A stretch of DNA of 64,000 nt. Origin: Promethearchaeota archaeon (lineage in GTDB: Archaea > Asgardarchaeota > Lokiarchaeia > Sigyniarchaeales > SOKP01). Below the pieces are notes generated by a model. The model was not told the origin of the DNA and did not search any database. It saw nothing but the letters and a program-made list of their open reading frames with translations. How positions within the stretch are numbered: position 1 is the stretch's first letter; each line of letters starts with the position of its first letter. The stretch lies in the NCBI GenBank assembly GCA_016840165.1, contig JAEOSU010000009.1:16331-80330 (forward strand), read 5' to 3'. Made by a program: the position numbers and the translations under genes. Shown here in pieces: positions 10,037-19,671 of the stretch.

Positions 10037-11434
10037 CTATAATCTTTTTTCCTGCATACGATATAGTAGGAATGCAAATACTACGATTAAAACTGCAATT
10101 ATTATTTGAATAGTCCCACTCAATGCTCCACCAACGACATCTTCTAAAGCTAAAGAGGCAACTAATACTCCAAGTTCGAATAATGCAAGATAATTAAGAA
10201 TTGCGAGAAACTTATTCTCTATTGATGATGATTTGGTATTTAGTGTATTTCTTTCACGATTTAAAGATTTTCTTATACGAGTAATTACCTCATCAGTTTT
10301 TTCTGAGAAGGTAAATCCATCGAGTTTATCAATCATTTCATTGAACATACTTGTTTTAAAGGTACTTGTAAAAAGTAAGCGTGTTATTTTCGATAAAATA
10401 ACATCTTTATTTAATTCCAGAATAATTCGATTTAATTCCGTCTCTAACTCTTCTAAACGCTCGATTTTATCCTTTAACTTAAGATTTTCTGCTTGAGCTC
10501 GCGTATCAGAAATGATACTATCAAATCTTTCGGCTACGGTCAAAATATTTTCCATATGCATCAAAATCAAGAATCTCTGAACATTACCGACTTCTGGCGC
10601 AAAAATGGTATCAATCAACATATTTTTCATCGAATCAGGGTCTAGCAACCCAGGACCGGGAATTATAACATTTCCAGCATGCGTTATCATTACAAATTCA
10701 TTTTTGTAGGGAGAGAGATTTTGAAGATTAATTTGATCTCGATAAGCTATTGGGTCCAATTCACGATATTTATCTGTCCTTAATGTTAATCCAATAGAAT
10801 AGTGCGCATCTTTTCCTAATTTTTTTCCGATAAAATTATAATCTTCTCTATTAAATGTAGGTTTTGCGTCCCAGATAACCCACGTGTGATGCCATGGTTC
10901 TAAGACGGATTCCAATTTTGCTTTTCTTGGGTAATTTGCTTTTTTTAACAATTCTATAGTATTATCTCTTATTTCAATAAATTTTTCTGTAATTGGTCTG
11001 CCTGTACTTTCGAGAATTATATTTGCTGGTTGAGAAATCTCGATAAACTCTTCAATTTTATGGTAATTATCAAAAATTAACTCACAATGAATCACTAATA
11101 CTGAACCATAGTGAATGTGTCCTTCAAGCCGGATCTTTCCCACTACGGACGGGACTGTTGAACAGGAAAACCTATCTGACTTTCCTATCTTAAAACATAC
11201 CGGTGCATACAAATGGGATTGACTCGAGATCCATTTTAATGGTTGGTGACATTTAAATCCCGTAGCTTTATTTTTAACAGTACAATGATATCTTTTATAA
11301 ATCTTTAATGAGGTTTCCGTCTCTAAAAACTCTCTTACTTCGGGAAGCGTAAAATAAAGACCTAGTTCATAAAATTTCCAAAACACTAAAGTGACTTTAA
11401 ACTCTTTTTCAGGTTCTATTTCAGTAATCTCCAT
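10037..11434 (-). CDS. Hypothetical membrane protein with CorA-like layout (alpha/beta domain, long helices, two C-terminal TMs)
   Basis: 465-aa ORF with a coiled-coil stretch followed by two hydrophobic segments; no GMN motif. Confidence 0.55.
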   Translation of the reverse strand: MEITEIEPEKEFKVTLVFWKFYELGLYFTLPEVREFLETETSLKIYKRYHCTVKNKATGFKCHQPLKWISSQSHLYAPVCFKIGKSDRFSCSTVPSVVGKIRLEGHIHYGSVLVIHCELIFDNYHKIEEFIEISQPANIILESTGRPITEKFIEIRDNTIELLKKANYPRKAKLESVLEPWHHTWVIWDAKPTFNREDYNFIGKKLGKDAHYSIGLTLRTDKYRELDPIAYRDQINLQNLSPYKNEFVMITHAGNVIIPGPGLLDPDSMKNMLIDTIFAPEVGNVQRFLILMHMENILTVAERFDSIISDTRAQAENLKLKDKIERLEELETELNRIILELNKDVILSKITRLLFTSTFKTSMFNEMIDKLDGFTFSEKTDEVITRIRKSLNRERNTLNTKSSSIENKFLAILNYLALFELGVLVASLALEDVVGGALSGTIQIIIAVLIVVFAFLLYRMQEKRL

Positions 11435-11623
11435 ATACCTTATACCATAATTATTTAATATTATAATTAAATTTAGGATAAATAAAACTTTATAAAATGA
11501 TATATAAAAATCTGTTAATAAGGCTCCTTAATTTACAAAAATGGTCAAATTTTATTTATCCTATTAAATTAATAATATAGAAGATAATATAATTTGAATA
11601 AAACTGGATAAGCTGAGAGTTTT

Positions 11624-12271
11624 TTGAATACAAATAAAAAGAATATTCCAAAAGTAGATTATGAAATCATTATTGCAGATATCTCGGATGCAGAAGGAAT
11701 TCATACTGCTTTAAAGGCGAATTTAATCGAAATAGAAGATCTTGATTTGATTTCTGAAAATCAGAGGAAAAAGTTAGAGCAAAATGGCTTTTTAAGGAAA
11801 GAAGTTGATGTTGGATATTATCAAAATCTAATTCAAAACCAAAAAACCGAAATTTATGTTGCCAAAACTAAAGATGACCAAATTCTAGGGTTTGCAAGTA
11901 TTCATAAAGAGCAGACTGATATCAAAAAATTGCGAAGTACTTTAAAGAATCTTTATCTTGATAACCAGAAAATAGAAGATCTTCTTTTAAAGGAGGAGTA
12001 CAAATTTATTTATCTAGATCAAATTAGTATAATAAATAAATACAAACGGAGAGGGATCGCAACTAAACTCATGAAAGCTATCTTAGAGAATAGTCAAAAC
12101 CCGATTGTTGCGTTTATCGTGAAATATCCACTTCATAATAAAGCCTCTGCATTATGGCATGAGTTTAATGATTTTGAATTAGTCGGGTCTGCCGATGGTT
12201 ATTATAAAGATAAGCAATTTCAGTGGTATATCTACATTCATTGGAATAATAGTAAATTAATTAAAAAATGA
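11624..12271 (+). CDS. GNAT family N-acetyltransferase
   Basis: YLDQISI..KYKRRGIATKLM (motif A) and NKASALWH..NDF. Confidence 0.85.
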   Translation: MNTNKKNIPKVDYEIIIADISDAEGIHTALKANLIEIEDLDLISENQRKKLEQNGFLRKEVDVGYYQNLIQNQKTEIYVAKTKDDQILGFASIHKEQTDIKKLRSTLKNLYLDNQKIEDLLLKEEYKFIYLDQISIINKYKRRGIATKLMKAILENSQNPIVAFIVKYPLHNKASALWHEFNDFELVGSADGYYKDKQFQWYIYIHWNNSKLIKK

Positions 12272-12322
12272 GTCTTAATAAACTATTTTATCGATCTAAC
12301 AAACGAACGATAAGTGTTTAAA

Positions 12323-12505
12323 TTACTCTTCTTCTTTTGAAGCTAAATCTTTTGCAAGCTCAACGCCTAAATCAAGAAAGTCTTTCATAGAGTTATAAAA
12401 TATATCTCCGATAAGTTCTCCATCTTCGTCAACCGACTCGAACTCATTTATTAACTCTTCTTTCCGTCGTTCTAACTCGAAATTTAGTTCTATTTCACTT
12501 CCCAT
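12323..12505 (-). CDS. Small acidic helical protein (last gene of the lipid cluster)
   Basis: 60 aa; GGAGG ribosome-binding site upstream; 17 bp after the preceding gene. Confidence 0.7.
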   Translation of the reverse strand: MGSEIELNFELERRKEELINEFESVDEDGELIGDIFYNSMKDFLDLGVELAKDLASKEEE

Positions 12506-12522
12506 TTATATCGTCCTCCCTT

Positions 12523-13218
12523 TTATTCTTCCATAGGTTGGATTTTGAGAGATTCAATAATATTGACAATATCTTCAGCAAGTTCATATCTTTGATCTCG
12601 ATATTTCTCTCGATTTAATCGTCTCTCTATTGGTAAAGGTGTTCCCACTTTAACTCTGATCCCTTGTGCATCAAACATATTTAATATCTTGGTCTTTTCG
12701 GTGTATATTGCAAGTGGAATAATTGGTGCTTCTCCCGCAACGGCAAACTTAATAATGCCTGCCATTGCTTTTATTTGGACATCTCTTTCCAATTTAGATT
12801 CTGGAGTCATTGCAACAAGATCCCCCACTTCATTTAAGTAATGGAATACCTTATCGATTGGTTCCGTATCTTCCTTATCTAATGTGCTTCGAAACATACC
12901 TAAAGATTTAAGAATCGGACCGTACATTTGATTTTTCATGAGTTTATGGTGAACCATGAAATGAATCCTTCTACCAGAAACTTGACTGATGATAAGCATA
13001 TCTCTTAATGCATTATCGCTTATAGTTGTTAAAATCGCTTTGCCCATTAATGGAACATTTTCTTTACCTTCAATTTTTAGGTCTGCTAAAGCAGAGAGCC
13101 CAAATGCACCAATACCCTTCACTGCCCCATAAAAAATATCTTCCATTAAATCCTTACTTATAAGCTTGTCTTTCCCCTTAGTTTCTTCTTCTACTGGCGT
13201 TTCTACATTTTCTTCCAT
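12523..13218 (-). CDS. PlsC/LPLAT-fold protein with degenerate catalytic motifs
   Basis: IEGKENVP..G.AIL, RIHFM, GDLVAMTPES, APIIPLAI, VKVGTP. HxxxxD is replaced by ISDNALRD and PEGTR by PESKL. Confidence 0.8.
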   Translation of the reverse strand: MEENVETPVEEETKGKDKLISKDLMEDIFYGAVKGIGAFGLSALADLKIEGKENVPLMGKAILTTISDNALRDMLIISQVSGRRIHFMVHHKLMKNQMYGPILKSLGMFRSTLDKEDTEPIDKVFHYLNEVGDLVAMTPESKLERDVQIKAMAGIIKFAVAGEAPIIPLAIYTEKTKILNMFDAQGIRVKVGTPLPIERRLNREKYRDQRYELAEDIVNIIESLKIQPMEE

Positions 13219-13232
13219 TTTTTTTACCTCAA

Positions 13233-13427
13233 TTATAATTTGTCTATAAATAAATTTACTTCCTCCATTCGCCTCTCATAATATTCCTTCAAATCTTTTT
13301 CAGAAACGAATGTTGGTATTACTTTTTCGGTGTATAAATCAAAAATCGTTGATAATTTCATTTTATGCTTGATATTATCAAAAAAATCTTCACCCATTTC
13401 TCTTAATTGTTTGATGAATTCTGCCAT
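13233..13427 (-). CDS. Small amphipathic-helix protein in the lipid cluster
   Basis: 64 aa; GAGGTG ribosome-binding site upstream; tight operon spacing. Confidence 0.7.
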   Translation of the reverse strand: MAEFIKQLREMGEDFFDNIKHKMKLSTIFDLYTEKVIPTFVSEKDLKEYYERRMEEVNLFIDKL

Positions 13428-13453
13428 TTCATATACACCTCTTAATTATTTAA

Positions 13454-14479
13454 TTATGTTAATTGATCCCACTTTCCACATCTTGAACCCCAGCGAGCAA
13501 TAATCTTATTGTCTTGTTCGGGCATTCTTACTTGTACAATCTCACAATTATTAGGACAGTCACCACAATGGAAAGTAGATGTTTTGAATTCGATATCCGA
13601 GACTTCCAATCCACGGAATACGGTTTCACTTCCGTGCTCTGTATAGTAATCTCTGACTAAAATTGCCATTCCTAGAGCACCCATCAAAACGTTATATTTT
13701 GGTACGATTACCTTGCATCCTAAGTGGCGCTCAAATGCTTGAATTATCCCTTTATTATATGAAACGCCACCTTGAAATACCACAGGTTCATCTAATTCCT
13801 TTCCCTTTCCTACATTATTCATATAGTTTCTTACTAAAGAATCGCACAATCCTGCAATGATATCTTCTTTTGAATAACCTGCGTTTTGTTTATGAATCAT
13901 ATCCGATTCTGCAAAGACTGTGCATCTCCCCGCAATACTCACGGGGTTTTTAGACTGTATAGCATAATCTCCAAAATCCTCGATAGGAATACCTAATCGT
14001 GCTGCTTGATGATCAAGAAAAGAACCCGTGCCTGCAGCACAAACCGAATTCATAGCAAAATCAACTATTATGCCATCCCGGAGGATAATAATTTTTGAAT
14101 CTTGTCCTCCAATTTCTAATATAGTCCTTACATCAGGATACATTGACTGGGTAGCAACCGCATGAGCAATTATTTCAGTTTTAGCTAAATCTCCACCTAC
14201 CACTGCTTTCGTTAAATAACGGGCTGAGCCCGTGGTTCCACAACATTTTATCGCATAATCATGGAGATTTGGATCCTCTTCTATTTTATCACGTAATTCT
14301 GACATTCCTGCTTTCGCAGAATCAATAGGAGAACCGCGATTACGCAAAAATACACTAGTAAGAACTTCTCCATTAATATCCATTAAAACGAATTTACAAG
14401 ATACGGATCCGATATCAATTCCTAAAAAAGCCTCTTTCTTTCCCTCTTCACTTTTTACTTTATTAGATACTTCAACCAT
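13454..14479 (-). CDS. ATP-dependent [4Fe-4S] activator, HgdC/BadF/BadG/BcrA/BcrD (ASKHA) family, with C-terminal Cys cluster
   Basis: GIDIGSVSCK, EIGGQDSK, MNSVCAAGTGSFLD, AGRCTVFAESD, FQGGV; tail FHCGDCPNNC...GSRC. Confidence 0.92.
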   Translation of the reverse strand: MVEVSNKVKSEEGKKEAFLGIDIGSVSCKFVLMDINGEVLTSVFLRNRGSPIDSAKAGMSELRDKIEEDPNLHDYAIKCCGTTGSARYLTKAVVGGDLAKTEIIAHAVATQSMYPDVRTILEIGGQDSKIIILRDGIIVDFAMNSVCAAGTGSFLDHQAARLGIPIEDFGDYAIQSKNPVSIAGRCTVFAESDMIHKQNAGYSKEDIIAGLCDSLVRNYMNNVGKGKELDEPVVFQGGVSYNKGIIQAFERHLGCKVIVPKYNVLMGALGMAILVRDYYTEHGSETVFRGLEVSDIEFKTSTFHCGDCPNNCEIVQVRMPEQDNKIIARWGSRCGKWDQLT

Positions 14480-14486
14480 TTCTTTT

Positions 14487-15674
14487 TCACTCCGCTTGAA
14501 TTAACTGAGCTATTTCGTTATAAAATTCCCCACCATATTGTGGATATATTTTCTTTTGGCCGTTTGCCATAAATTCTGGTGTACTTTTAATCTCTCTATC
14601 ACGTCTCGCTTCCAATAAATCATAAAATGCCTCTAATCTAGTTCGAAATCCTTCTTGACCGCTCTGCTCATCAAAAGAAAAATAAATTACTGGAAGGTCG
14701 TAAATTTTCTTGAGTTTATTGGTAATTATTGTTCGGGCTGTAACCTCAGGCATACAAGTGAAAGGGTACGAATGAATGAATCCATCGAATCCCGCATTTG
14801 CCTTATCAATATATTCGCCTAATACCCATACACATTCTCCGCCAATATCCATAGGCATATATGGTTTAGCCAAATGTTCAAGCCATTTGCGGTGATAATT
14901 CAAATGAAATTTATGGACAACCCAGTCATATAAACTCAAACTCTGGTGGACCTCGACTCCCATCTCACCTAATTTTCTTCGAATGTCAAGATTCACATAA
15001 GGTTCCAAGCTTATATGTATCTCACCAGAAAGACCAACTCTTAATGGGGTTCTCGATCTATCAATATCGATTGAATTGAAATCATCTTTAATAATTTTTT
15101 TAAAACTACGCAATTCCACTAAAGTGTTAGCCTTATCAAGTTTTTGTAATAATTCATTCACAACTCGTGTTGTGTCGCCTAAATTACGCTCATACGCACG
15201 AAATAAGCCTTCGGCGGTCTGAATATCATTTAATAACTTTGCTTTTTTCAAAAAGTAAATAACTGCTTTTATATATTTCGAATAGATAAATAAATCTTTT
15301 CGACCACTTACTTCTTGTAAGGTCTTAATCCAGTGAAATTCCAATAGATCTGCTTGATCTAATGGAATTACGCGAATATTTTTATATCCCATATCTCGTA
15401 AAATGCGTTCTTGGACACTTGCATAAAAACCGAAACGACATGGTCCGCAATCAATTGCCATTACAAGAGTATCAGCACCCTTTTTAATTGCACTAACAAA
15501 ATCACCAAGAGTAGCTTTAAACGGAAAACATACGAATTCAGGACTGTATTTTACTCCGATTTTAATCGCTTCACGATTTGTGGGATCGGGAAGGACAACA
15601 TCTAAATCTAATGCTGTGAATAATGTCTTGAAGGCGACCCAGTTAGGTCCCATGTTTGGAAAGGAAATTAGCAT
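14487..15674 (-). CDS. 2-hydroxyacyl-CoA dehydratase-family Fe-S subunit (PlsR-like)
   Basis: GVKYSPEFVCFPFK, GPCRFGFY, GLSGEI, GGE, PFTCMPE, FDEQSG..GFRTRLEAF. Confidence 0.85.
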   Translation of the reverse strand: MLISFPNMGPNWVAFKTLFTALDLDVVLPDPTNREAIKIGVKYSPEFVCFPFKATLGDFVSAIKKGADTLVMAIDCGPCRFGFYASVQERILRDMGYKNIRVIPLDQADLLEFHWIKTLQEVSGRKDLFIYSKYIKAVIYFLKKAKLLNDIQTAEGLFRAYERNLGDTTRVVNELLQKLDKANTLVELRSFKKIIKDDFNSIDIDRSRTPLRVGLSGEIHISLEPYVNLDIRRKLGEMGVEVHQSLSLYDWVVHKFHLNYHRKWLEHLAKPYMPMDIGGECVWVLGEYIDKANAGFDGFIHSYPFTCMPEVTARTIITNKLKKIYDLPVIYFSFDEQSGQEGFRTRLEAFYDLLEARRDREIKSTPEFMANGQKKIYPQYGGEFYNEIAQLIQAE

Positions 15675-15737
15675 TATTTATTCGTTTTTTGCGGGTGTCT
15701 TGCTTTTTACTTAACTATGTATTTTAATAAAAACAGT

Positions 15738-15750
15738 CTTATATAAAAAA
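15738..15750 (-). promoter_or_regulatory. Candidate internal TATA box for the second half of the lipid cluster
   Basis: Minus strand reads TTTTTTATATAAG about 65 bp upstream of the 15674 start, in a 180-bp gap. Confidence 0.35.
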
Positions 15751-15854
15751 TTACCCATTAACTTCAGAATCTCAAAAGTATGATAGCTTCTATTAAAATG
15801 TTATAATTTTTTTATTAAATTTAAGAATAAATCCAAGTCTTTTGAGGATAGTAA

Positions 15855-16928
15855 TTAAGTCGCTTCATAGAAATTAATTTTTGATTTCCATCTCGGTTCC
15901 AACCCAAGTTTTTTTCTCTTTCTACGAACCATTTCAACAAAACTTTCAATTCGGGTCATCATTCCTGCCTCTCCAGAATGTTCGTCCATAATTATTTCTA
16001 GAAATGGTAATCCAACCACTTTCATATCGCGCATTATTAGTTCGGAGATAAGACTGTCAGGACCGCATGCAAAACTTATTAGAAAGATTACCCCATCAAT
16101 CTCGTTTCGACCTTTAGTGAGAAAAAAGCGTATCGCCTGCATAATCTCTTCCTCATGTCGCCAATAATTTCTTAGAATTCCTCCTCTAGGATTGACAATA
16201 ACAGGTTTTTTAAACAAATATTCTGGGAGATTTTCGATAGTAAGTACTTCCACACCTTGGTTATGCAACTTTTTAATAAAATCCAAATTGATGAAGGTAT
16301 CAAATATATTATAGGCATGTCCAAGTAATAAAAAGCGGATATCCCCTTGTACTTTCTTTTTTGGTAATTTAAAGGGTAAACTACGTTGAACGAGACGTAA
16401 GGCATGATTCACAGAGCCCCCCTCTCGTAAAAACCTGTGATAATCATCAAAATAGGTTTGCGCTTTATTATATGCGTCGAGAGATGCATTTTGTCCCTTT
16501 CCCAATTGTTTTCCAAGTTCTATTGCAGATGTAGAAATGGGAAAATCTTTTACATTTACTTCAAAATTCAAAATTTTTGGTATAGGCAAGATTTTGATTA
16601 CATCGGGTAATGATAAAAACTTAGGACAAAAGTAGGATTCTGGAACTTCAGAAACATATCGTGGGACAAAAATAAAATCTAAATCAGGATTTGCTTCAAC
16701 TAATTTGAGAACTTGACCATAATAAATTTTTACGGGAATACACAATTCTCCAAATCCATGTGTAACTCCTTCCTCAACAATTTTTTTGTTTGTAGGAGGA
16801 CTGAGTACGATCTCTGCATCTAATTCTTCCAATAATTTTTTCCAAAAAGGATAGTAACGATAATAATGAAGAGCTCTTGGAATTCCGACTTTATATCGCT
16901 TTTTAACACCAATATTACTTAAAGCCAT
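15855..16928 (-). CDS. DUF2229-type CoA-activase-associated Fe-S subunit (like the PlsA/Ger reductase domain)
   Basis: VGIPRALHYYRYYPFW, VLSPPTNKK, ELCIPVK, FCPKF, LLGHAYN, SFACGPDS, DEHSGEAG..TRIESF. Confidence 0.85.
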   Translation of the reverse strand: MALSNIGVKKRYKVGIPRALHYYRYYPFWKKLLEELDAEIVLSPPTNKKIVEEGVTHGFGELCIPVKIYYGQVLKLVEANPDLDFIFVPRYVSEVPESYFCPKFLSLPDVIKILPIPKILNFEVNVKDFPISTSAIELGKQLGKGQNASLDAYNKAQTYFDDYHRFLREGGSVNHALRLVQRSLPFKLPKKKVQGDIRFLLLGHAYNIFDTFINLDFIKKLHNQGVEVLTIENLPEYLFKKPVIVNPRGGILRNYWRHEEEIMQAIRFFLTKGRNEIDGVIFLISFACGPDSLISELIMRDMKVVGLPFLEIIMDEHSGEAGMMTRIESFVEMVRRKRKKLGLEPRWKSKINFYEAT

Positions 16929-16948
16929 CGCAAGAGTCCTTTTGCTAA

Positions 16949-18619
16949 TTATGCGTCCGGAGTATCATAGAGCATTAAGTCTTTAATTTGAGCCATCATA
17001 TTATCCGTTAACCGTTTCAGTTCTTCGTAATCAGGCATAGGTTTACCCCAATATTTTTTATGTTCTAAGAAAACTGGTCCGGCTTTGAATATATTACCTT
17101 TGTAGAAATTTATGTTCTTTGCATGTTTCGGATAAGTATTTTCAGTACCAGTGACACCAACTAACACGATCGGTACTTGAGCTTCAATTGCCAACCGTAT
17201 TGCCCCCGTATGAGCATCCAATAACTCGCCATTACCAGGATTTGTTGTTCCCTCTGGATAGATGGTTACTATTTGCCCTTTACTAAGTAAATATCTAGCA
17301 TAATTAAATGAATCCACATCGTGGGCTCCTCTTCTTAATGGAAAGGCAAAATGGGTTCTTACCCATGCATTTACTACAGGGATTTGAAATAAGGACTGCT
17401 TAGACATTTGCCAAATTGGTCTTTTCTTATGAATTCCAAAAGCAGTTGCGAGCATAATTACATCCCATTCAGAATTGTGATTCGTACAGAGTATAAATGC
17501 CCCTTCATCAGGGATGTTTTTCTCCCAATCTATGACACGGTAGGGAGCCATAATATCACACCACCTATTCACTACCTGAGCCGAAAACATATATATAGTC
17601 TCTTTAAATTTCCAATCAATCTTCAATTCCTCTAAACTTCTAATTAATGCATACCATGAATCATCAATCAATTGTAGTGTTCCTTTCAATAAATCCTTTC
17701 CATATGTTTTCAGATTAAATTTTGACTTCTGTTCAACATCTTCTGGTGATCCAATCGAAAGCTCCTCCTGTGGTTTTCCATAAATCCCTTGCCTTAATTC
17801 ATATATTACTGTTCTTAATTCATTGGTCAATCTCCTTATGTCATCATATGACATCTTATCAACATCGTATTTGTCATAGTATATAGGTTCTCCTACTCGC
17901 GCGATTACTTGAGTTGGTTTCATCACTAATTTTCCTTTTGGTAATGCATTCTGCGAACCAATTATTGCCATTGGGACAATAGGGCAATCCATCTCTAAAG
18001 CTAAACGCACTGCTCCTGTCTTGAATTCACCGATATTCTCATCGTGGGCGCGAGTTCCTTCTGGAAAAATACCGACTACTTCACCTTCACTTAATAAATC
18101 CTTTGCATATTGCCAACCAAGTGTTGGATTCTCTCGATCTAATTTAAATGCACTTAAATTAGTAAATAAAGTTCTAACTATAGGGGTCTTGAAATTATCT
18201 AATTTACTCATCCAATGAATATGGCGATGCATGGCTGCTCCACAGAAAAACGGGTCCAAATGACTGTTATGAGTACTTACGAGAATAACGGGGCCCCATT
18301 CTGGAAAGAGGTTCTTCTTTGGATATTCGGCTTTGAAGTTCCAAAACATCCTAGCTGCAAGTTTAACATATATATATGCCGCCCACCATTGAAATCTCTT
18401 TTCTAAGTGAGTGAGATTCAACCGCTCGATAATATCCCGGTAGATATTATTGATTGAGTCGATTGGATTGTATTTTAAAAGCTTATAGAGAACATTTTCA
18501 TGCGTTTTATCCAGCTTCAAATCTCCTTTAAGTTTTTCCTCTATTATTCTTTCTGGCTCGTAGTCATAGTCCTTTGAGACGACTTGCTTTGGTTTTTGCG
18601 TTTGTTTTTCGAGTTCCAT
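16949..18619 (-). CDS. Tandem double PlsC-type (lysophospholipid/glycerol-phosphate) acyltransferase
   Basis: Domain 1 has THNSHLD and IFPEGTR; domain 2 has NHNSEWD and IYPEGTT. Both keep HxxxxD. Confidence 0.92.
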   Translation of the reverse strand: MELEKQTQKPKQVVSKDYDYEPERIIEEKLKGDLKLDKTHENVLYKLLKYNPIDSINNIYRDIIERLNLTHLEKRFQWWAAYIYVKLAARMFWNFKAEYPKKNLFPEWGPVILVSTHNSHLDPFFCGAAMHRHIHWMSKLDNFKTPIVRTLFTNLSAFKLDRENPTLGWQYAKDLLSEGEVVGIFPEGTRAHDENIGEFKTGAVRLALEMDCPIVPMAIIGSQNALPKGKLVMKPTQVIARVGEPIYYDKYDVDKMSYDDIRRLTNELRTVIYELRQGIYGKPQEELSIGSPEDVEQKSKFNLKTYGKDLLKGTLQLIDDSWYALIRSLEELKIDWKFKETIYMFSAQVVNRWCDIMAPYRVIDWEKNIPDEGAFILCTNHNSEWDVIMLATAFGIHKKRPIWQMSKQSLFQIPVVNAWVRTHFAFPLRRGAHDVDSFNYARYLLSKGQIVTIYPEGTTNPGNGELLDAHTGAIRLAIEAQVPIVLVGVTGTENTYPKHAKNINFYKGNIFKAGPVFLEHKKYWGKPMPDYEELKRLTDNMMAQIKDLMLYDTPDA

Positions 18620-18915
18620 AATTTCTCAACTCTACGAATTATTAAAAAAAGGGCTAAAATTTAATAAAGTCCCTTTTCAAGTGTAATTATCTTTACTTAA
18701 AGATCCTTTTGTTTTTATATTTATTCATTTAATTAATATGCAATTAAGTATGATACCTAGATTGCTAAAATGGAAGGTCTAAGGCTATTTTTTAGTATTA
18801 TTTCTTTAATTTCAAAAAAGGAAGAATGTCTATTCCACTTGAAGATCTCATTCTTTAATTTATATATTTCAGATAAAATTATTTTCCATCAGGAATTAAT
18901 TTTAAGAATTTGATT

Positions 18916-19671
18916 TTATTTAGAATTAGATGGCTTTTTTTGTTCTACCAATCCTAAAAGTTCATCCAATGATTCAACCAAAACTTCTGGGCTGGATTCA
19001 GCTAATGTTTGTTTACTACTTACACCACTTGCTATGCCAACCGTCCATACTCCTGCTTCTTTGCCCGATATGATATCAGAAGGCATGTCTCCGATCATGA
19101 TGAATTCTTTTAATTTAGTTGATTTATAACTTTCAAGAACCGGAGTTAAAGCATTAGGATCGGGTTTTAGTGCAGGTAATAGATCTGCCCCATATACTCC
19201 TTTAAATAAATGTTCGATATTTTCCTTCTCGAGATGTTCCAATACATTTCTGGTTTGATTATGTGAAACGATAAATAAATCGAAAGATTTCTTAAGTTTT
19301 TTCAATATTTCTATGCAATTTGGATAAAATGGAGCCTCTTTCGCATAAGTCAAATATTTGGTGAAAATTCTAACAGCTATTTCTAATTTCTTAAAAAATG
19401 TAAGTGATTTTAAGGATGTTATGTACTCAAACATATCATACGATTCAAGCAGGATTTTAGGAAGAGGATATCCTTGAATAGTTTCCATTAAAGCTCCTAT
19501 TTCTTCTATTGTATTGCTGATATCAGCATTAATATTTTTTTTTTGATATACTTCCTCTATTGATTTTTGCAGCGGTTCTCTAATATCTAGAAGTGTACCA
19601 TCAAAATCAAAAATAATACCTTTAATCGCTCCTGTTTGGAGCCGTTTTAATAGTTGGTTGTCAGCGGACAT
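18916..19671 (-). CDS. HAD-superfamily phosphatase (Gph-like, C1 cap)
   Basis: FDFDGTL, IVSHN, KPDP, MIGDMPSDI. Confidence 0.9.
   Translation of the reverse strand: MSADNQLLKRLQTGAIKGIIFDFDGTLLDIREPLQKSIEEVYQKKNINADISNTIEEIGALMETIQGYPLPKILLESYDMFEYITSLKSLTFFKKLEIAVRIFTKYLTYAKEAPFYPNCIEILKKLKKSFDLFIVSHNQTRNVLEHLEKENIEHLFKGVYGADLLPALKPDPNALTPVLESYKSTKLKEFIMIGDMPSDIISGKEAGVWTVGIASGVSSKQTLAESSPEVLVESLDELLGLVEQKKPSNSK

Noticed and set aside
12323-13427. Acyl carrier protein among the small acidic ORFs
   Set aside because: No (D/G)xDSL phosphopantetheine attachment motif.
13454-16928. Benzoyl-CoA reductase or canonical HgdABC amino-acid fermentation locus
   Set aside because: The subunits have the DUF2229/PlsA-PlsR-type motifs, and the neighbours are acyltransferases, not CoA-transferases or ring-cleavage genes. 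Disfavoured but not excluded without phylogeny.
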